From a virus (lineage: Duplodnaviria; Caudoviricetes): a DNA stretch of 61,254 nt. The position numbers and the translations under genes were made by a program. The stretch spans positions 1 to 61,254 of the IMG/VR virus record IMGVR_UViG_3300032309_001297; one strand, written 5' to 3'. The notes beneath the pieces are model-generated. The model worked only from the letters and a program-made list of their open reading frames with translations, did not search any database and was not told where the DNA came from. Numbering within the stretch: position 1 is the stretch's first letter; every line of letters begins with the position of its first letter. Of this stretch, positions 48,766 to 59,720 are shown piece by piece.

Positions 48766-50419
48766 AAGAAGTGCAAGAAGTTCCTCTATTACGGGGTCTA
48801 TTGGCGATGTTATGCGTCGTCTTAAATATCTAGAAGCACGACCTGCTCCGTCAAAACTTGCTAACCAAGTTGTTAGACGAACCAACATTCAGCCACGAGC
48901 TGTAGCAACTGACCAGATTGCTCTTGCTGCAATCACTAATGATCAGATGGCTGAAAATGCAATTAGACAAGCACAGTTAGCTACTAACTCTGTAGGTAAT
49001 GATGAAATTGCTACTGATGCGGTTGATAGCGCTGAGATTAAAGATAATGCTGTAGGAAACTCTGAACTAGCCACAGATTCAGTCAATTTTGATGAAATTG
49101 CATTAGACGCTGTTAGAGGTTCTGAGATTGCAACAGATGCTGTAGATAGTTCAGAGATAAATGCTAATGCTGTAGGTAACTCTGAAATTGGAACAGATGC
49201 TGTTCGCTCAGATGAAATCTTTACAGACGCAGTAGGAAGCTCAGAAATTGCTACCGATGCAGTAAATTCAGCTGAGATAAATTTTGATGCTGTTGGAAAC
49301 TCAGAGATGGGTACTGACTCCGTACGCTCTGATGAAATTTATGTTGATGCTGTAGGGAGTTCTGAGATTGCAACTAATGCTGTAGATAGTTCAGAAATTA
49401 TTTCTAATGCAATTGGAAATGATGAAATGGGCACTGATTCAGTAAGAGCAGATGAAATCTATATTGATGCTGTAGGTAGTTCAGAAATAGCTACTAATGC
49501 TGTAGATAGTGCAGAAATAAATGCTAATGCTGTAGATAGTTCAGAAATTGCTACTGGAGCAGTAGATGCAGATGAAATTGATTTAGATGCTGTAGGTGCA
49601 AGTGAACTTGCCAATAATGCTGTAGATACAAATAGTATTGTAGATGGAGCTGTTACTGATGCTAAAGTAGCTAGTGCTACTCTTGATGGTAATAAACTTA
49701 AAGATTCTACAATTTTTTATACAAAAATTGCCACAAAAACTGTTGGTGGAAGTTTAGATGCTTTTAAAAACAACATTACTGATAACTCAATTGGTCAGTT
49801 AAATATTGGACCTAACGCAGTTGGTTCTGGTGAGATTATTGCTGGTGCAGTAGGTAGTACAGAAATTGCTGCTGGTGCGGTTACAACAGACAAACTTGGA
49901 AACGGTTCTGTTACATTTTCAAAAATATCAAGTGGTTCAATTGGAAATGGCTCTACTCAGGTAGCACAGGGGTCTCACACCCATACTGGATTTGCTGGAT
50001 CAGGTCACACGCACGCAGTAACAATTGAATCCAGTGGTGCTCACGGTCACACACTTCAATCTGGTGCTCACGCTCACACTGGTACAACAGGTGCACCTTC
50101 TTCTCGTAAGTTCAAGACAGATATCTCTGACTACATGCCAGAAGATTTACAAAAAATTCTTCAACTAAATTTTGTAAAATACAAATATCATAAAAAATGG
50201 ACACCGCTTAATAGAGGCCGTGAGTGGAGCTACGGCTACATTGCTGAAGATGTAGAAGAACTGGGTGTAAAAGAAATAATTGAGTATGATGATAAAAAGC
50301 AACCTATTGCTATCAACTACGCTATGTTGTCAACACTCGTGTTAGAAATTGTAAAGGTTCAACAAAGTGAGATAGACTTACTTAAGCAGCAACTAGCAAA
50401 GTTGATGGAGACAAAATGA
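48755..50419 (+). CDS. tail fibre/spike with decapeptide repeats and C-terminal S74-type intramolecular chaperone
   Basis: Many AV.S.EI..D repeats; H.H motifs; SSRKFKTDI...YGYIAEDV...INY. Confidence 0.75.
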   Translation: MATRRSARSSSITGSIGDVMRRLKYLEARPAPSKLANQVVRRTNIQPRAVATDQIALAAITNDQMAENAIRQAQLATNSVGNDEIATDAVDSAEIKDNAVGNSELATDSVNFDEIALDAVRGSEIATDAVDSSEINANAVGNSEIGTDAVRSDEIFTDAVGSSEIATDAVNSAEINFDAVGNSEMGTDSVRSDEIYVDAVGSSEIATNAVDSSEIISNAIGNDEMGTDSVRADEIYIDAVGSSEIATNAVDSAEINANAVDSSEIATGAVDADEIDLDAVGASELANNAVDTNSIVDGAVTDAKVASATLDGNKLKDSTIFYTKIATKTVGGSLDAFKNNITDNSIGQLNIGPNAVGSGEIIAGAVGSTEIAAGAVTTDKLGNGSVTFSKISSGSIGNGSTQVAQGSHTHTGFAGSGHTHAVTIESSGAHGHTLQSGAHAHTGTTGAPSSRKFKTDISDYMPEDLQKILQLNFVKYKYHKKWTPLNRGREWSYGYIAEDVEELGVKEIIEYDDKKQPIAINYAMLSTLVLEIVKVQQSEIDLLKQQLAKLMETK

Positions 50420-50874
50420 TAGAATACAAAGCGAAATATGAAGCTGGGCAAGAGCCTCATATCTGCAAACTTATTACTGCATCTAGTGGTGAAGAGTTTT
50501 GTACAGAGATTAACTTAACTAATACATCTGAAGTTGAAAACATCTCTGATGAAACTATTAATGAGCATATAGAACATCTAGGTCAATACCTAGCTCATCT
50601 TGCTGCTGATTTTGCACCATACCCAGAACCAGAAGTATGGACAAAGCCTTGGCCTTTTGTTAATATTAAAGAGATTTATGATGTCCTTGAGAAATCAACT
50701 CAATGGTGGAATCATTTAAATAACAATGGTCATCAAGGTAGAACTCTTACTATGACTGATGAAGAGCACAGTTTATTGCATCAATTTGATGAACCACATG
50801 AGCATGACCCAGAAACGGGTGAGCCAACATACGGATTGGGAGTAAGAGGAGAGTTTGGGTCAACTGATGTATGA
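50416..50874 (+). CDS. hypothetical His/Glu-rich protein
   Basis: ATGA-coupled ORF. Confidence 0.7.
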   Translation: MIEYKAKYEAGQEPHICKLITASSGEEFCTEINLTNTSEVENISDETINEHIEHLGQYLAHLAADFAPYPEPEVWTKPWPFVNIKEIYDVLEKSTQWWNHLNNNGHQGRTLTMTDEEHSLLHQFDEPHEHDPETGEPTYGLGVRGEFGSTDV

Positions 50875-51337
50875 GGTAAAAGACGGTTCCCGTACTCTTC
50901 AATTTAATGGTCGTCTATTAGGAGAGTCTTCCTCATGGCGTCGTGGTTCTACTAGATGGATTGAGTTTAAGCTTTACAAGACAGAGAATGGCTCATACAT
51001 TCTTTCTCGTGTAGGTGTATCTCTTATGTTTCATGGTGCTGCATGCCCACTTGTTAAGCGTTACAACCTCACAGAGGCATCCTCAGATGAGCTTAAAAGT
51101 GATGCACTTCCTTGTGAAGAGTGCTTCCCATCTCGCTCACTGCCTGTTGTATTTCCTGAAAAAGACCGAACATGGGCTCAAGTAAGTGAAGACCCAACAC
51201 CAGTTTTAGATGCTCTTTACAAATACGACCAAGGTGGGGCAAGATATCTAACTAATGTTGCTCAAAGATTGCTAGAACTAGCAGCAGATCAAGACGAAAA
51301 AATTGACAGTATCTATAGAGTGGAAATGATTCCATAA
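50855..51337 (+). CDS. hypothetical protein
   Basis: F.G.LLGESSS...RW.E..LYKT..G.Y pattern; H..C, C..C. Confidence 0.7.
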   Translation: MGQLMYEVKDGSRTLQFNGRLLGESSSWRRGSTRWIEFKLYKTENGSYILSRVGVSLMFHGAACPLVKRYNLTEASSDELKSDALPCEECFPSRSLPVVFPEKDRTWAQVSEDPTPVLDALYKYDQGGARYLTNVAQRLLELAADQDEKIDSIYRVEMIP

Positions 51338-51376
51338 AAGAGATATATTAGTTTTACCTTCAAGACAGAGGAAAAA

Positions 51377-53203
51377 ATGACCCAGCGACGAACGGACCTA
51401 TCAGGTGTACAACTACACCTTGTCAACAATGTACAAGAAGCAGAAAAATTCTTGCATTGGCTTGGTGAGCGACGTCCCCATAACGCTATCGCAATTGACA
51501 CAGAAACTGGTGAGCATCTAGGACGCCCTCGTGCAGATGCGCTATCTCCTTGGCATGGTGATTTGCGTCTTGTTCAAGTAGGCGATGGCATGACTGGTTG
51601 GTCAATTCCTTGGGATGAATGGTCTGGTGTTTTCTACGAAGCAATGGACCGATTTGATGGACCTATTGTGTGCCACAATATTGCATTCGAAGCCCGATGG
51701 TTTGCTATTAAATCGCGTTGGCAGATGCCATGGGAACGTGCACACGACACGATGATTATGGCTCACATTGTTGACCCACTTGGTTCTGGTGCATTGAAGA
51801 GCCTTGCATCCACTCACATTGACCCAATGGCTGCACACTTGCAAAGCAAACTTGATGAAAGCCTTGCAACTAATGGCTGGACTTGGGGCACTGTCCCTAC
51901 ATCATTTGAACCTTATTGGTCTTACGGCGCTCTTGACACAGTTATCACGATGCGTCTGTGGGAGATGTATTGGGAGAAGTGTGGTCCTGAAGGTCCGTAC
52001 CACAAGGCTTATGAACTTGAGATGGCTACACGCAAAATTGTTACTCGTATGGAGATTAACGGTGCTCGCGTAGATGTCGAGTATTCAAAAAAGAAATATG
52101 AAGAGCTTCTTGACTACACCGAAAAGGTAAAGCTTTGGGCTTATAACAAGTACGGAGCTTCAATTACAAGCAACGTTCAACTTGTAAAGATTCTTGAAAA
52201 CCTTGGTGCTGATATTACAGAGTTCACACCATCTGGTCAGAAGTCCGCTGGTGCAGACCAACTTAAGCAATTAGCAATTGCTGGAAACGAAGAAGTTAAA
52301 AACCTTGCAGAGACTGTCTTGCAGCAACGCAAGGCTGACAAACTTGCTAACACTTACTTCCTCAACTTTATGAATAAGCATGTCAATGGCTTTGTACATC
52401 CATCCGTAAAAACTCTTGGTGCTCGCACCTCTCGCATGTCTATTACTGACCCAGCGTTGCAGACTCTTCCTAAAGGCGATGCCACTGTGCGCCGTGCGTT
52501 TATCCCAAAGGATGAGGACCATGTATTGATTACCTCAGACCTTGACCAAGTTGAGTTCCGTATGTTTGCCTCTCTTTCTGCAGATGAGAATTTAATTAAA
52601 CTTTTTCATATTGCAGACCAAACTGGCTCTGATCCATTTACCGAAATCGGTCGTCAGGTTTATCAAGACCCAACGATGCAGAAATCAGATAAGCGACGTA
52701 ACCTCATTAAGGGTGTTGTCTACGGTCGTCTCTACGGTGCTGGAGTGGCTAAGCAAGCGCTTACTGCTGGAGTTCCAGAGCATCAGATGCGTGAAGTATC
52801 AGACTCGTTTGACCTCAACTATCCAGGAATGATGTCATTCCAAAAACAGATTGACAACATTGGTCAACAAAGATTCCGCAACGAAGGTCAAGGATATGTT
52901 TATACATGGACTGGTCGTCGTATCCCTTGCGATGATGACCGCACTTACACACTTGTGAATTATCTGATTCAAGGTGGAGCAGCAGAGATTTTTAAGAGTA
53001 ACTTAGTCAAGCTTGACGCAGCAGATTTAACAGATTATTTAATTGTTCCAGTGCATGACGAAATTGTTTTACAAGCCCCTCGTAAAGAGGCAGAATAAAT
53101 TAAAAAGATTGTTCGTGAATGTATGACAACAACAGAAGGATGGGCCGTCCCACTTACAGCAGATGTAGACGGACCACTTGAAAATTGGGGACAGAAATAC
53201 TAG
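51377..53203 (+). CDS. polA: family A DNA polymerase (3'-5' exo plus polymerase), interrupted by in-frame TAA at 53096-53098
   Basis: IDTET, HNIAFE, DLDQVEFR (motif A), K...YG.LYG (B), VHDE (C); 34 more in-frame codons give a VPLTADV...NWG C-terminus. Confidence 0.9.
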
Positions 53204-53205
53204 AC

Positions 53206-53526
53206 ATGAGTAAATATCTAGATATGGCGCTTGCGCTCGCAAAGACGAGCAAGTGCCGATACAGGCATGGCTGCGTAGTTGTTTCTAACGGAAGGATTAT
53301 CGCCACAGCAACTAATAAAAAGATTGCTGACCCAACAACACATTGGCGTAGGTCGCATGTACATGCGGAAGCAGCGGCAGCACTTGCAGCAGGGACTCGT
53401 GTAAAAGGAGCTCTTGTCTATGTTGCTCGTGCTGCTGCTGACGGCTCTGCTGCATATTCAAAACCTTGTAAGAAATGCGAAAGTTATCTAGAAAGACTTG
53501 GAGTTTCTAAGGTGGTATGGACATGA
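53206..53526 (+). CDS. cytidine/dCMP deaminase-family protein
   Basis: S.C..RHG, HAE, PCKKC. Confidence 0.85.
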   Translation: MSKYLDMALALAKTSKCRYRHGCVVVSNGRIIATATNKKIADPTTHWRRSHVHAEAAAALAAGTRVKGALVYVARAAADGSAAYSKPCKKCESYLERLGVSKVVWT

Positions 53527-54002
53527 GTCATGTAGTTCTTGCAGTAGACCCAGGAAAAGCAACTGGTGTTGCTCTTCTGTCTTGGTCAGGAAATCCTGAC
53601 GAGATACCAGAGCGTCTTTACTCAACTGAGTGTCAACCTGATGCTTTTGCTAACGATGTTCTGACTGGCTTGGCTGATTGGAAAAAATATGATAATTTCA
53701 AAGTTGTATGCGAGCGCTTTGTAATCAACGCTGCAACTGCTAAGAACTCTCAAGCGCCTTATAGCCTTGAGCAGATTGGCGTTCTCAAGCATCTATGTAG
53801 GGAAAACGACTATCCAGTAGACAACATCATATTTCAAGCTCCTGTAGACGCTAAGAATATGTTCCCTAATAAAGCTCTCCAAACCATTGGCGTTTGGCAT
53901 AAGGGGGGAGAAGGTCATGCTAATGATGCAATACGACATGGGCTTCTATCTCTAGTTCGCTCAAGATGGATTCCTCGTGTACTCTTAGACAAAGAAAAAT
54001 AA
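53523..54002 (+). CDS. RuvC-like Holliday junction resolvase
   Basis: LAVDPG.ATG, VVCE, HANDA.RH. Confidence 0.75.
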   Translation: MSHVVLAVDPGKATGVALLSWSGNPDEIPERLYSTECQPDAFANDVLTGLADWKKYDNFKVVCERFVINAATAKNSQAPYSLEQIGVLKHLCRENDYPVDNIIFQAPVDAKNMFPNKALQTIGVWHKGGEGHANDAIRHGLLSLVRSRWIPRVLLDKEK

Positions 54003-54072
54003 CTAACAGATAGGTTGTAGTTTTTCATCAAATCGTGTTAGTATGTGACATAGCGACGAAAGAAGGTAGCAA

Positions 54073-55872
54073 GTGCCAGTAATAGTGGACCTCGACAGCG
54101 AGAAATCCCACATTCTCATTACCGCAGAATGGCGATACAAGGAACTATGTAAATCCCTGCCTGGCTCCTCTTGGAATCAAACTGAGCAGGTATGGAGAGT
54201 TCCTCTTAGCTGGTCTAGTTGCCTAGCCCTACGCTCCACTTTCCGCGATGATTTAACTATTGGCTCAGACCTTACAGAGTGGGCTACAAACGAGCTAAAC
54301 AGCCGTGTAAGCCCCGCAATGGCCCTCAGAGAGCTTGAGACAGCAGATGGAGACGAAGACCTATTTCCACATCAAAGAGCTGGCGTAGCCTTCCTAGCGA
54401 CCGCTAAACGAGCCCTTTTGGCAGATGAGCCCGGTCTTGGTAAGACTGCTCAGGCTATCCGCGCCCTTAAGAAATTGCAGGAAAATGGCGAAGATGTCTT
54501 TCCTGCGCTTATTGTTTGCCCTAATACCCTCAAGAAGAACTGGGCTCGTGAATTTAAGACTTGGTGGCCTGAAGTTACTACTCAGGTAATCAAGGGAACT
54601 TCTGCTCAGCGTAAGAAACAATTTGAATCAAACGCAGATGTCTACATCATCAACTGGGAGTCCTTGCGTACACATTCACGACTTGCCCCATACGGATCAG
54701 TTGCCTTAACACGCTGCTCCACATGCGGTGGTCACGATGAAGCAATAAGTGAAAACCGTTGTGAGGTTCACCTTCGTGAACTAAATAAGATTGATTTTAA
54801 AGCTGTTGTTGCAGACGAAATCCACCGCTCTAAGGAACCTAAGTCAAAGCAGACTCGTGCTCTTTGGTCAGCAACTGGAGACGCTCAGATTCGTTTTGCT
54901 CTTACTGGAACACCAATTGCAAATAATGTTGTTGACTTGTGGGCAATTCTTCACTGGTTATCTCCAAAAGACTGGCCTTCAAAGACAAAGTGGATTGACC
55001 GAATGATTGACACGATGCTTAATGCATTTGGTGGGATGCTTGTAATTGGGGTAAAGCCTCACATGCAGGATGAGTTTTATAAAGCAATTAATCCGCATAT
55101 GCGCCGTATGCTTAAGTCCGTTGTGCTTCCATGGCTTCCAGAAATTATTAACGAACGCCGTGATGTTGAGATGTCGACTAAGCAAAAGAAAGCTTACGAG
55201 CAGATGCGTGACACCATGATTGCAGAGCTTGAATCTGGTGATGCACTTACTGCCCCAAGTATCTTGACTCAAACGACAAGACTTGTCCAATTTGCTAGTT
55301 CTTATGCAACTATGGAGGTAAATGAGACCACAGGGGAAATGAAAGCAAGATTGTCAGACCCCTCCTGTAAAGTCGATGCTCTGATGGATGATATTTCTCA
55401 TGGTGACTTTGGTGATGATTCAGTAGCGGTATGTGCTGTATCTCGTCAGTTGATTGAACTTCTTAGCGCCGCTATGACCAAGGCAAAGATTGACCACGGT
55501 CTTATTACTGGTGCTCAAGATGAAGATGAACGACAGAAGGCTATTGATGATTTCCAGTCTGGAAAGATTAAATGGATTCTATTTACAGCACAGGCTGGCG
55601 GTGTGGGTGTGACCTTGACTGCTGCCCGTAGGCTGATTATGCTTCAGAGGCCGTGGTCATTAGTTGACCATAAGCAAGCTTTGGATCGCGTTCATAGAAT
55701 TGGTTCCGAAATTCACGATTCAGTGATTATCACTGATTACGTTACTGAAGGAACTATTGAAGAACGTGTATTGCAAGTGCTAGAAACAAAAGCAGATAAC
55801 TTTGAGCAAATTGTCCGTGACAAAGACCAACTACTCAGGGTTCTAAAAGACGATAAGGCAGGAGTCCTATGA
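54073..55872 (+). CDS. SNF2-family helicase
   Basis: LADEPGLGKT, DEIH, LTGTP, GVGVTLT, QALDRVHRIG. Confidence 0.92.
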   Translation: MPVIVDLDSEKSHILITAEWRYKELCKSLPGSSWNQTEQVWRVPLSWSSCLALRSTFRDDLTIGSDLTEWATNELNSRVSPAMALRELETADGDEDLFPHQRAGVAFLATAKRALLADEPGLGKTAQAIRALKKLQENGEDVFPALIVCPNTLKKNWAREFKTWWPEVTTQVIKGTSAQRKKQFESNADVYIINWESLRTHSRLAPYGSVALTRCSTCGGHDEAISENRCEVHLRELNKIDFKAVVADEIHRSKEPKSKQTRALWSATGDAQIRFALTGTPIANNVVDLWAILHWLSPKDWPSKTKWIDRMIDTMLNAFGGMLVIGVKPHMQDEFYKAINPHMRRMLKSVVLPWLPEIINERRDVEMSTKQKKAYEQMRDTMIAELESGDALTAPSILTQTTRLVQFASSYATMEVNETTGEMKARLSDPSCKVDALMDDISHGDFGDDSVAVCAVSRQLIELLSAAMTKAKIDHGLITGAQDEDERQKAIDDFQSGKIKWILFTAQAGGVGVTLTAARRLIMLQRPWSLVDHKQALDRVHRIGSEIHDSVIITDYVTEGTIEERVLQVLETKADNFEQIVRDKDQLLRVLKDDKAGVL

Positions 55873-56798
55873 GTGAAGTAGTTAGACTTTCAAACTCTGA
55901 AATTCAAACATTTAAAGATTGTCGCCGTCGTTGGTGGTTTAGTTACTACCGACGCTTGCAACCAAAGCACAGAGACTCTACTGGTGCTCTTGCATTAGGA
56001 ACTCGTATCCACGCAGCACTTGACGATTATTATGCAAATGGAACTAACCTTCTGACTGCACACAATAATCTTGTCAACACCGAGAAAGCTGTTTTGCTTG
56101 AGAAGTTCCTTGATGTATCTGAACTTGAAAAAGAAGCAGAGCTTGGTCACATCATGCTTGAGGGTTATCTTCAGTGGGTTGAAGAGAACGGAATTGACGC
56201 AGAGCTTGAGATGATTTCAACTGAAGAAATTATTACTGCACCGCTCTTCAATGGTGAGGTTGAACTTACTGGAAAGCTTGACATGCGTGTTCGTCGCAAA
56301 GGTGACGGTGTTCGTATGTTCCGCGATTTCAAAACTGTAGGTGGGTCTCTTGGAGACTTTGCAAATCTTGCACCTATGAATGAACAGATTCTTACCTACA
56401 TGCTTCTTGAAGCAACAAAGGTGGATGAGACGGAGCGCTCAGACGGAGGTATCTTCACAATGTTGAAGAAGGTTCGTCGTTCTGCAGCAGCACGACCACC
56501 TTTCTATGACCAGATAGAGGTCAGACACAATATCTTCACCTTGCGTTCCTTCTGGGATCGCATTCATGGGACGATTACGGACTTGATGAGAGTTCGTACT
56601 GCCCTTGATAAGGGGGAGAGCCCTGCATTCCATGCGTATCCGAGCCCGTCTCGTGATTGCAAATGGAAATGCAAGTTTTACTCTGTATGTACTCTCGTCG
56701 ATGATGGAAGTGCATCAGAGCAAGCAATAAGTGAAATGTATGAAGTCGCAGACCCATACGCATATTACGGAATCAACGAAACAAAAGGAAACGAGTGA
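55869..56798 (+). CDS. PD-(D/E)XK Cas4/RecB-like exonuclease
   Basis: C.RRW, GT.IH, E, GKLD, DFKT, C..C.....C. Confidence 0.85.
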   Translation: MSEVVRLSNSEIQTFKDCRRRWWFSYYRRLQPKHRDSTGALALGTRIHAALDDYYANGTNLLTAHNNLVNTEKAVLLEKFLDVSELEKEAELGHIMLEGYLQWVEENGIDAELEMISTEEIITAPLFNGEVELTGKLDMRVRRKGDGVRMFRDFKTVGGSLGDFANLAPMNEQILTYMLLEATKVDETERSDGGIFTMLKKVRRSAAARPPFYDQIEVRHNIFTLRSFWDRIHGTITDLMRVRTALDKGESPAFHAYPSPSRDCKWKCKFYSVCTLVDDGSASEQAISEMYEVADPYAYYGINETKGNE

Positions 56799-56801
56799 CA
56801 C

Positions 56802-57602
56802 ATGAGTGAGATACAACGGTCATTGACCGTAATGGTTTACGGAGAATCAAAAGTAGGTAAATCCTCTTTTGCCGTAACCGCGCCATATCCACGTCTTATG
56901 CTTGACGTTGAAGGTGGACATAGATTCCTACCTATCGTCGTTAAGTACTGGGACCCATTGAGAGAAGAACCACCTCTTGCAGATGGTACTTGGGACACCT
57001 GTGTTGTCACTGTCCGTGACTACGACACGGTTATCAAGACGTATCAGTGGTTGCAGTTAGGTAAGCACCACTTTAAGAGCTTGATTATTGACTCTATCTC
57101 GGAGTTGCAAGTCAAGTGCATGGACAGCATTGCTGGAAACGAACAAATGAAGATGCAACAGTGGGGCGAACTTCTTCGTCACATGGGTGGTCTACTTCGT
57201 GACCTTCGTGACCTTACGATGCACCCAACTAATCCACTTGAGGCTGTCGTATTAACAGCGATGTCTCGTGTGACGCAGGACGGAAAGCATCGTCCATATT
57301 TGCAAGGACAACTTGCAATTCAAGCACCATATTTTTACGACATTCTTGGTGCTCTAACAATTGAACAGTTTCCCAACCCAGACCCTCTTCAAGCTCCTTA
57401 CAAGGTTCGTCGTATGTATGTCGAACGCACAAATGAGTATGAAGCAGGAGAGCGTGTACAAGGAAGACTTGGCGCAATTGTTGAGCAAGACAAGCTTTCA
57501 ATTGAGACAATGCTCAATGAGATTTTCGGTGCGAAGCAGGTAGCTTCGGCTGAGAAAACAACAACAACAACAAACAAGAAAGAAACAGAGGTACCAGCGT
57601 GA
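56802..57602 (+). CDS. AAA ATPase, Sak4-like recombinase
   Basis: YGESKVGKS, DVEGG, IIDSISE; between exonuclease and SSB-like gene. Confidence 0.8.
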   Translation: MSEIQRSLTVMVYGESKVGKSSFAVTAPYPRLMLDVEGGHRFLPIVVKYWDPLREEPPLADGTWDTCVVTVRDYDTVIKTYQWLQLGKHHFKSLIIDSISELQVKCMDSIAGNEQMKMQQWGELLRHMGGLLRDLRDLTMHPTNPLEAVVLTAMSRVTQDGKHRPYLQGQLAIQAPYFYDILGALTIEQFPNPDPLQAPYKVRRMYVERTNEYEAGERVQGRLGAIVEQDKLSIETMLNEIFGAKQVASAEKTTTTTNKKETEVPA

Positions 57603-58126
57603 GTTCGCTAAATTGGTCAGACCTTATTAAAGATGCGGGAGAGACCGCATCATACGAAGCCCTTCCAGACGGAGATTACGATCTCGTTGTACTAGAAGGA
57701 ACTGCAAAAGTAACACAGTCAGGTAAGACAATGTTTGCCCTAAAGGCACAGGTCGAAACTGGCGCACACGCTAAGCGTCTTGTTTGGGATAACCTTGTTG
57801 TTTCCCCAGATAATCCGACAGCACTTGGTATCTTCTTCCGTAAGATGCACTCTCTTGGTCTTGGTAAAGACTTCTTTGACCGTGCACCAAGCAATGCTCA
57901 AATTGAGCAGGCAATGGTTGGTCGTAAGTTTCGTGGACAAATTGGTTCACGAACTTATAACGGTAATAAGAAGAACGAAATCAAGAACTATTACCCAGCA
58001 AGCGGAGCAACAACTGCTGCTCCACAAACGGCTGCAGCAGCACCAGCTCCTGCACCAGCTCCTGCACCAGCTCCAGCGCCTGCGCCAGCCCCAGCCCCAG
58101 CAGCAGCACCTTCATCACCGTTCTAA
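57599..58126 (+). CDS. DUF669-like single-stranded DNA-binding protein
   Basis: LPDGDY, SGK.M, YNG...NEIK; (AP)n tail ending PF. Confidence 0.75.
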   Translation: MSSLNWSDLIKDAGETASYEALPDGDYDLVVLEGTAKVTQSGKTMFALKAQVETGAHAKRLVWDNLVVSPDNPTALGIFFRKMHSLGLGKDFFDRAPSNAQIEQAMVGRKFRGQIGSRTYNGNKKNEIKNYYPASGATTAAPQTAAAAPAPAPAPAPAPAPAPAPAPAAAPSSPF

Positions 58127-58149
58127 TAAACGTTGTTGAGAAGTTTGGG

Positions 58150-58182
58150 AAACCGTCCAGTCGAAAGGCTGGGCGGTTTTCT
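58150..58182 (+). terminator. intrinsic terminator
   Basis: AACCGTCCAGTC-GAAA-GGCTGGGCGGTT then T. Confidence 0.8.
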
Positions 58183-58213
58183 AATTAATAGAAAGTTTTA
58201 GGAAGGTAACACA

Positions 58214-59242
58214 ATGAAAGTACTTATAACTGGATGTACGGCGCAACAAGCGTCTAGTAAAACAGCATTAAGGACTCCAACATTTTCTACTCTCATTGCT
58301 CAAGCCTTAAAAGATGGTGGAGCTTCTGTATCTATTGCAGAGCCATCTATCTATATGAGTAAAGAGGCTTTACAAGAGTACGACACGGTTTTAGTTGGGG
58401 TAGCACCGCCAACAAGTCTCTCTGCTAACAAGATTTATCCAGCGTTTTCTGTTGCTTCAAAGGCAAGAGAGATTGGGAATCTTGCTCTCTTTTTAGATGC
58501 CCCAGAACAATACAAACTTCAATCGTCTTTAAAGTCATGCTATCTAAACATGTCTGACTTGCAAAAAGAGTTTTACAGCAGAAGAAAAAGTTATTCTGAT
58601 CTTGTAAAAAATGATGAACTAAAGCGTGAAGTTTACGGCTTTATTGAATTTTTATATAATGAAGAATGGCCTACAACTCTTTACCCATCTTTTCCGTGGA
58701 TGAGTCATGCCAAGGTTTCTCAGGCAATCCCAAATACAAACGCAAAGAATCTTGCCCCAATAAGTGTTGATGCATATCTCCTTAGGCAGCCTTACATAGC
58801 TCCTGATTTCTCTATAACAAAAGAGTATTGGACGTGCGATTCAATTAAATCAAGTTGGTCGCGTTCTATCTCCGAGACTCTTCGTTATGAAGTTGTCCCA
58901 ACTAGAACAAACCGTTGGGAGAGTCTTGAAGACACTCAGCAGAGGATTAGAAGGTCTATAGGAACCTTAGTGTCCGTATACCGCTCTAATGAGCCTTGGT
59001 GGTCACCAGCTCTTGCACAGAGCCTTGCAAATGGCGTTCCCGTTGTTACTGACTGGCGTCAAAGCTCTGCATTAGGTCTTGAGTGGACTCATCTAGCAAG
59101 CACAGTAGAAACCTTGACGGATTCAGAGAGATTTAATCTTTCTGCTGCTCAAAAAGAATCATATCTAAAAGCAATACCTACATGGAAAGAAACAGTTGAA
59201 GATCTATTACAAACTATTTCTTTAAAAGAAGTATCCGTCTAA
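58214..59242 (+). CDS. putative glycosyltransferase-like (GT-B) protein
   Basis: MKVLITG start and QSLANGVPVVTD segment; weak by-eye call. Confidence 0.4.
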   Translation: MKVLITGCTAQQASSKTALRTPTFSTLIAQALKDGGASVSIAEPSIYMSKEALQEYDTVLVGVAPPTSLSANKIYPAFSVASKAREIGNLALFLDAPEQYKLQSSLKSCYLNMSDLQKEFYSRRKSYSDLVKNDELKREVYGFIEFLYNEEWPTTLYPSFPWMSHAKVSQAIPNTNAKNLAPISVDAYLLRQPYIAPDFSITKEYWTCDSIKSSWSRSISETLRYEVVPTRTNRWESLEDTQQRIRRSIGTLVSVYRSNEPWWSPALAQSLANGVPVVTDWRQSSALGLEWTHLASTVETLTDSERFNLSAAQKESYLKAIPTWKETVEDLLQTISLKEVSV

Positions 59243-59294
59243 TCTTTACTAAACAACTAAAACACACTAGAATTTATATCGAAAGGAGTCTTTT

Positions 59295-59720
59295 ATGGGA
59301 GAGCTCGACATGAACTGGGTTAAGTCTCAGTTGCAAGCAGCAAAAGTCCGAAAGCCAGTAGGCGATGCAACACTCAAACTTGTTGAACTGTTTGATTCTT
59401 TTGAGAATCTAACTCCAGAGTTCAAAAATACAACAATTGAGATGTTCTCAAAACTAGCTCTTGGTCATATTGTTATCAAAGAAAACAAGAATGAAAGCTG
59501 GAGCCAAGTACGCCCTGGCGATATAAAAGTAGCAGAAGAGGTTCGTGTAAAGGCAGATGCTTTTGATGGCGAACTTGGGATGCTGCATAACGGTCGTCGT
59601 GGTGTAGTAGTTGGTGTTCGTTACGGAGATGTCATTGTAAAGATGACTGACGGAAAAGAACCAGCTCTTGAAGGGGCTCACTATCCCCCTCAGAAACTTG
59701 AAAAACTAATCCTTACATGA
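59295..59720 (+). CDS. hypothetical protein with C-terminal SH3/KOW-like domain
   Basis: AGGAG RBS; VRVK...HNGRRGVVV. Confidence 0.7.
   Translation: MGELDMNWVKSQLQAAKVRKPVGDATLKLVELFDSFENLTPEFKNTTIEMFSKLALGHIVIKENKNESWSQVRPGDIKVAEEVRVKADAFDGELGMLHNGRRGVVVGVRYGDVIVKMTDGKEPALEGAHYPPQKLEKLILT

Noticed and set aside
55869-56798. Cas4 as evidence of a CRISPR-Cas system
   Set aside because: It sits in the usual exonuclease-Sak4-SSB recombination trio with no other cas genes.
58035-58110. GCACCAGCTCCT-type tandem repeat
   Set aside because: Simply encodes the (Ala-Pro)n linker of the SSB-like protein.
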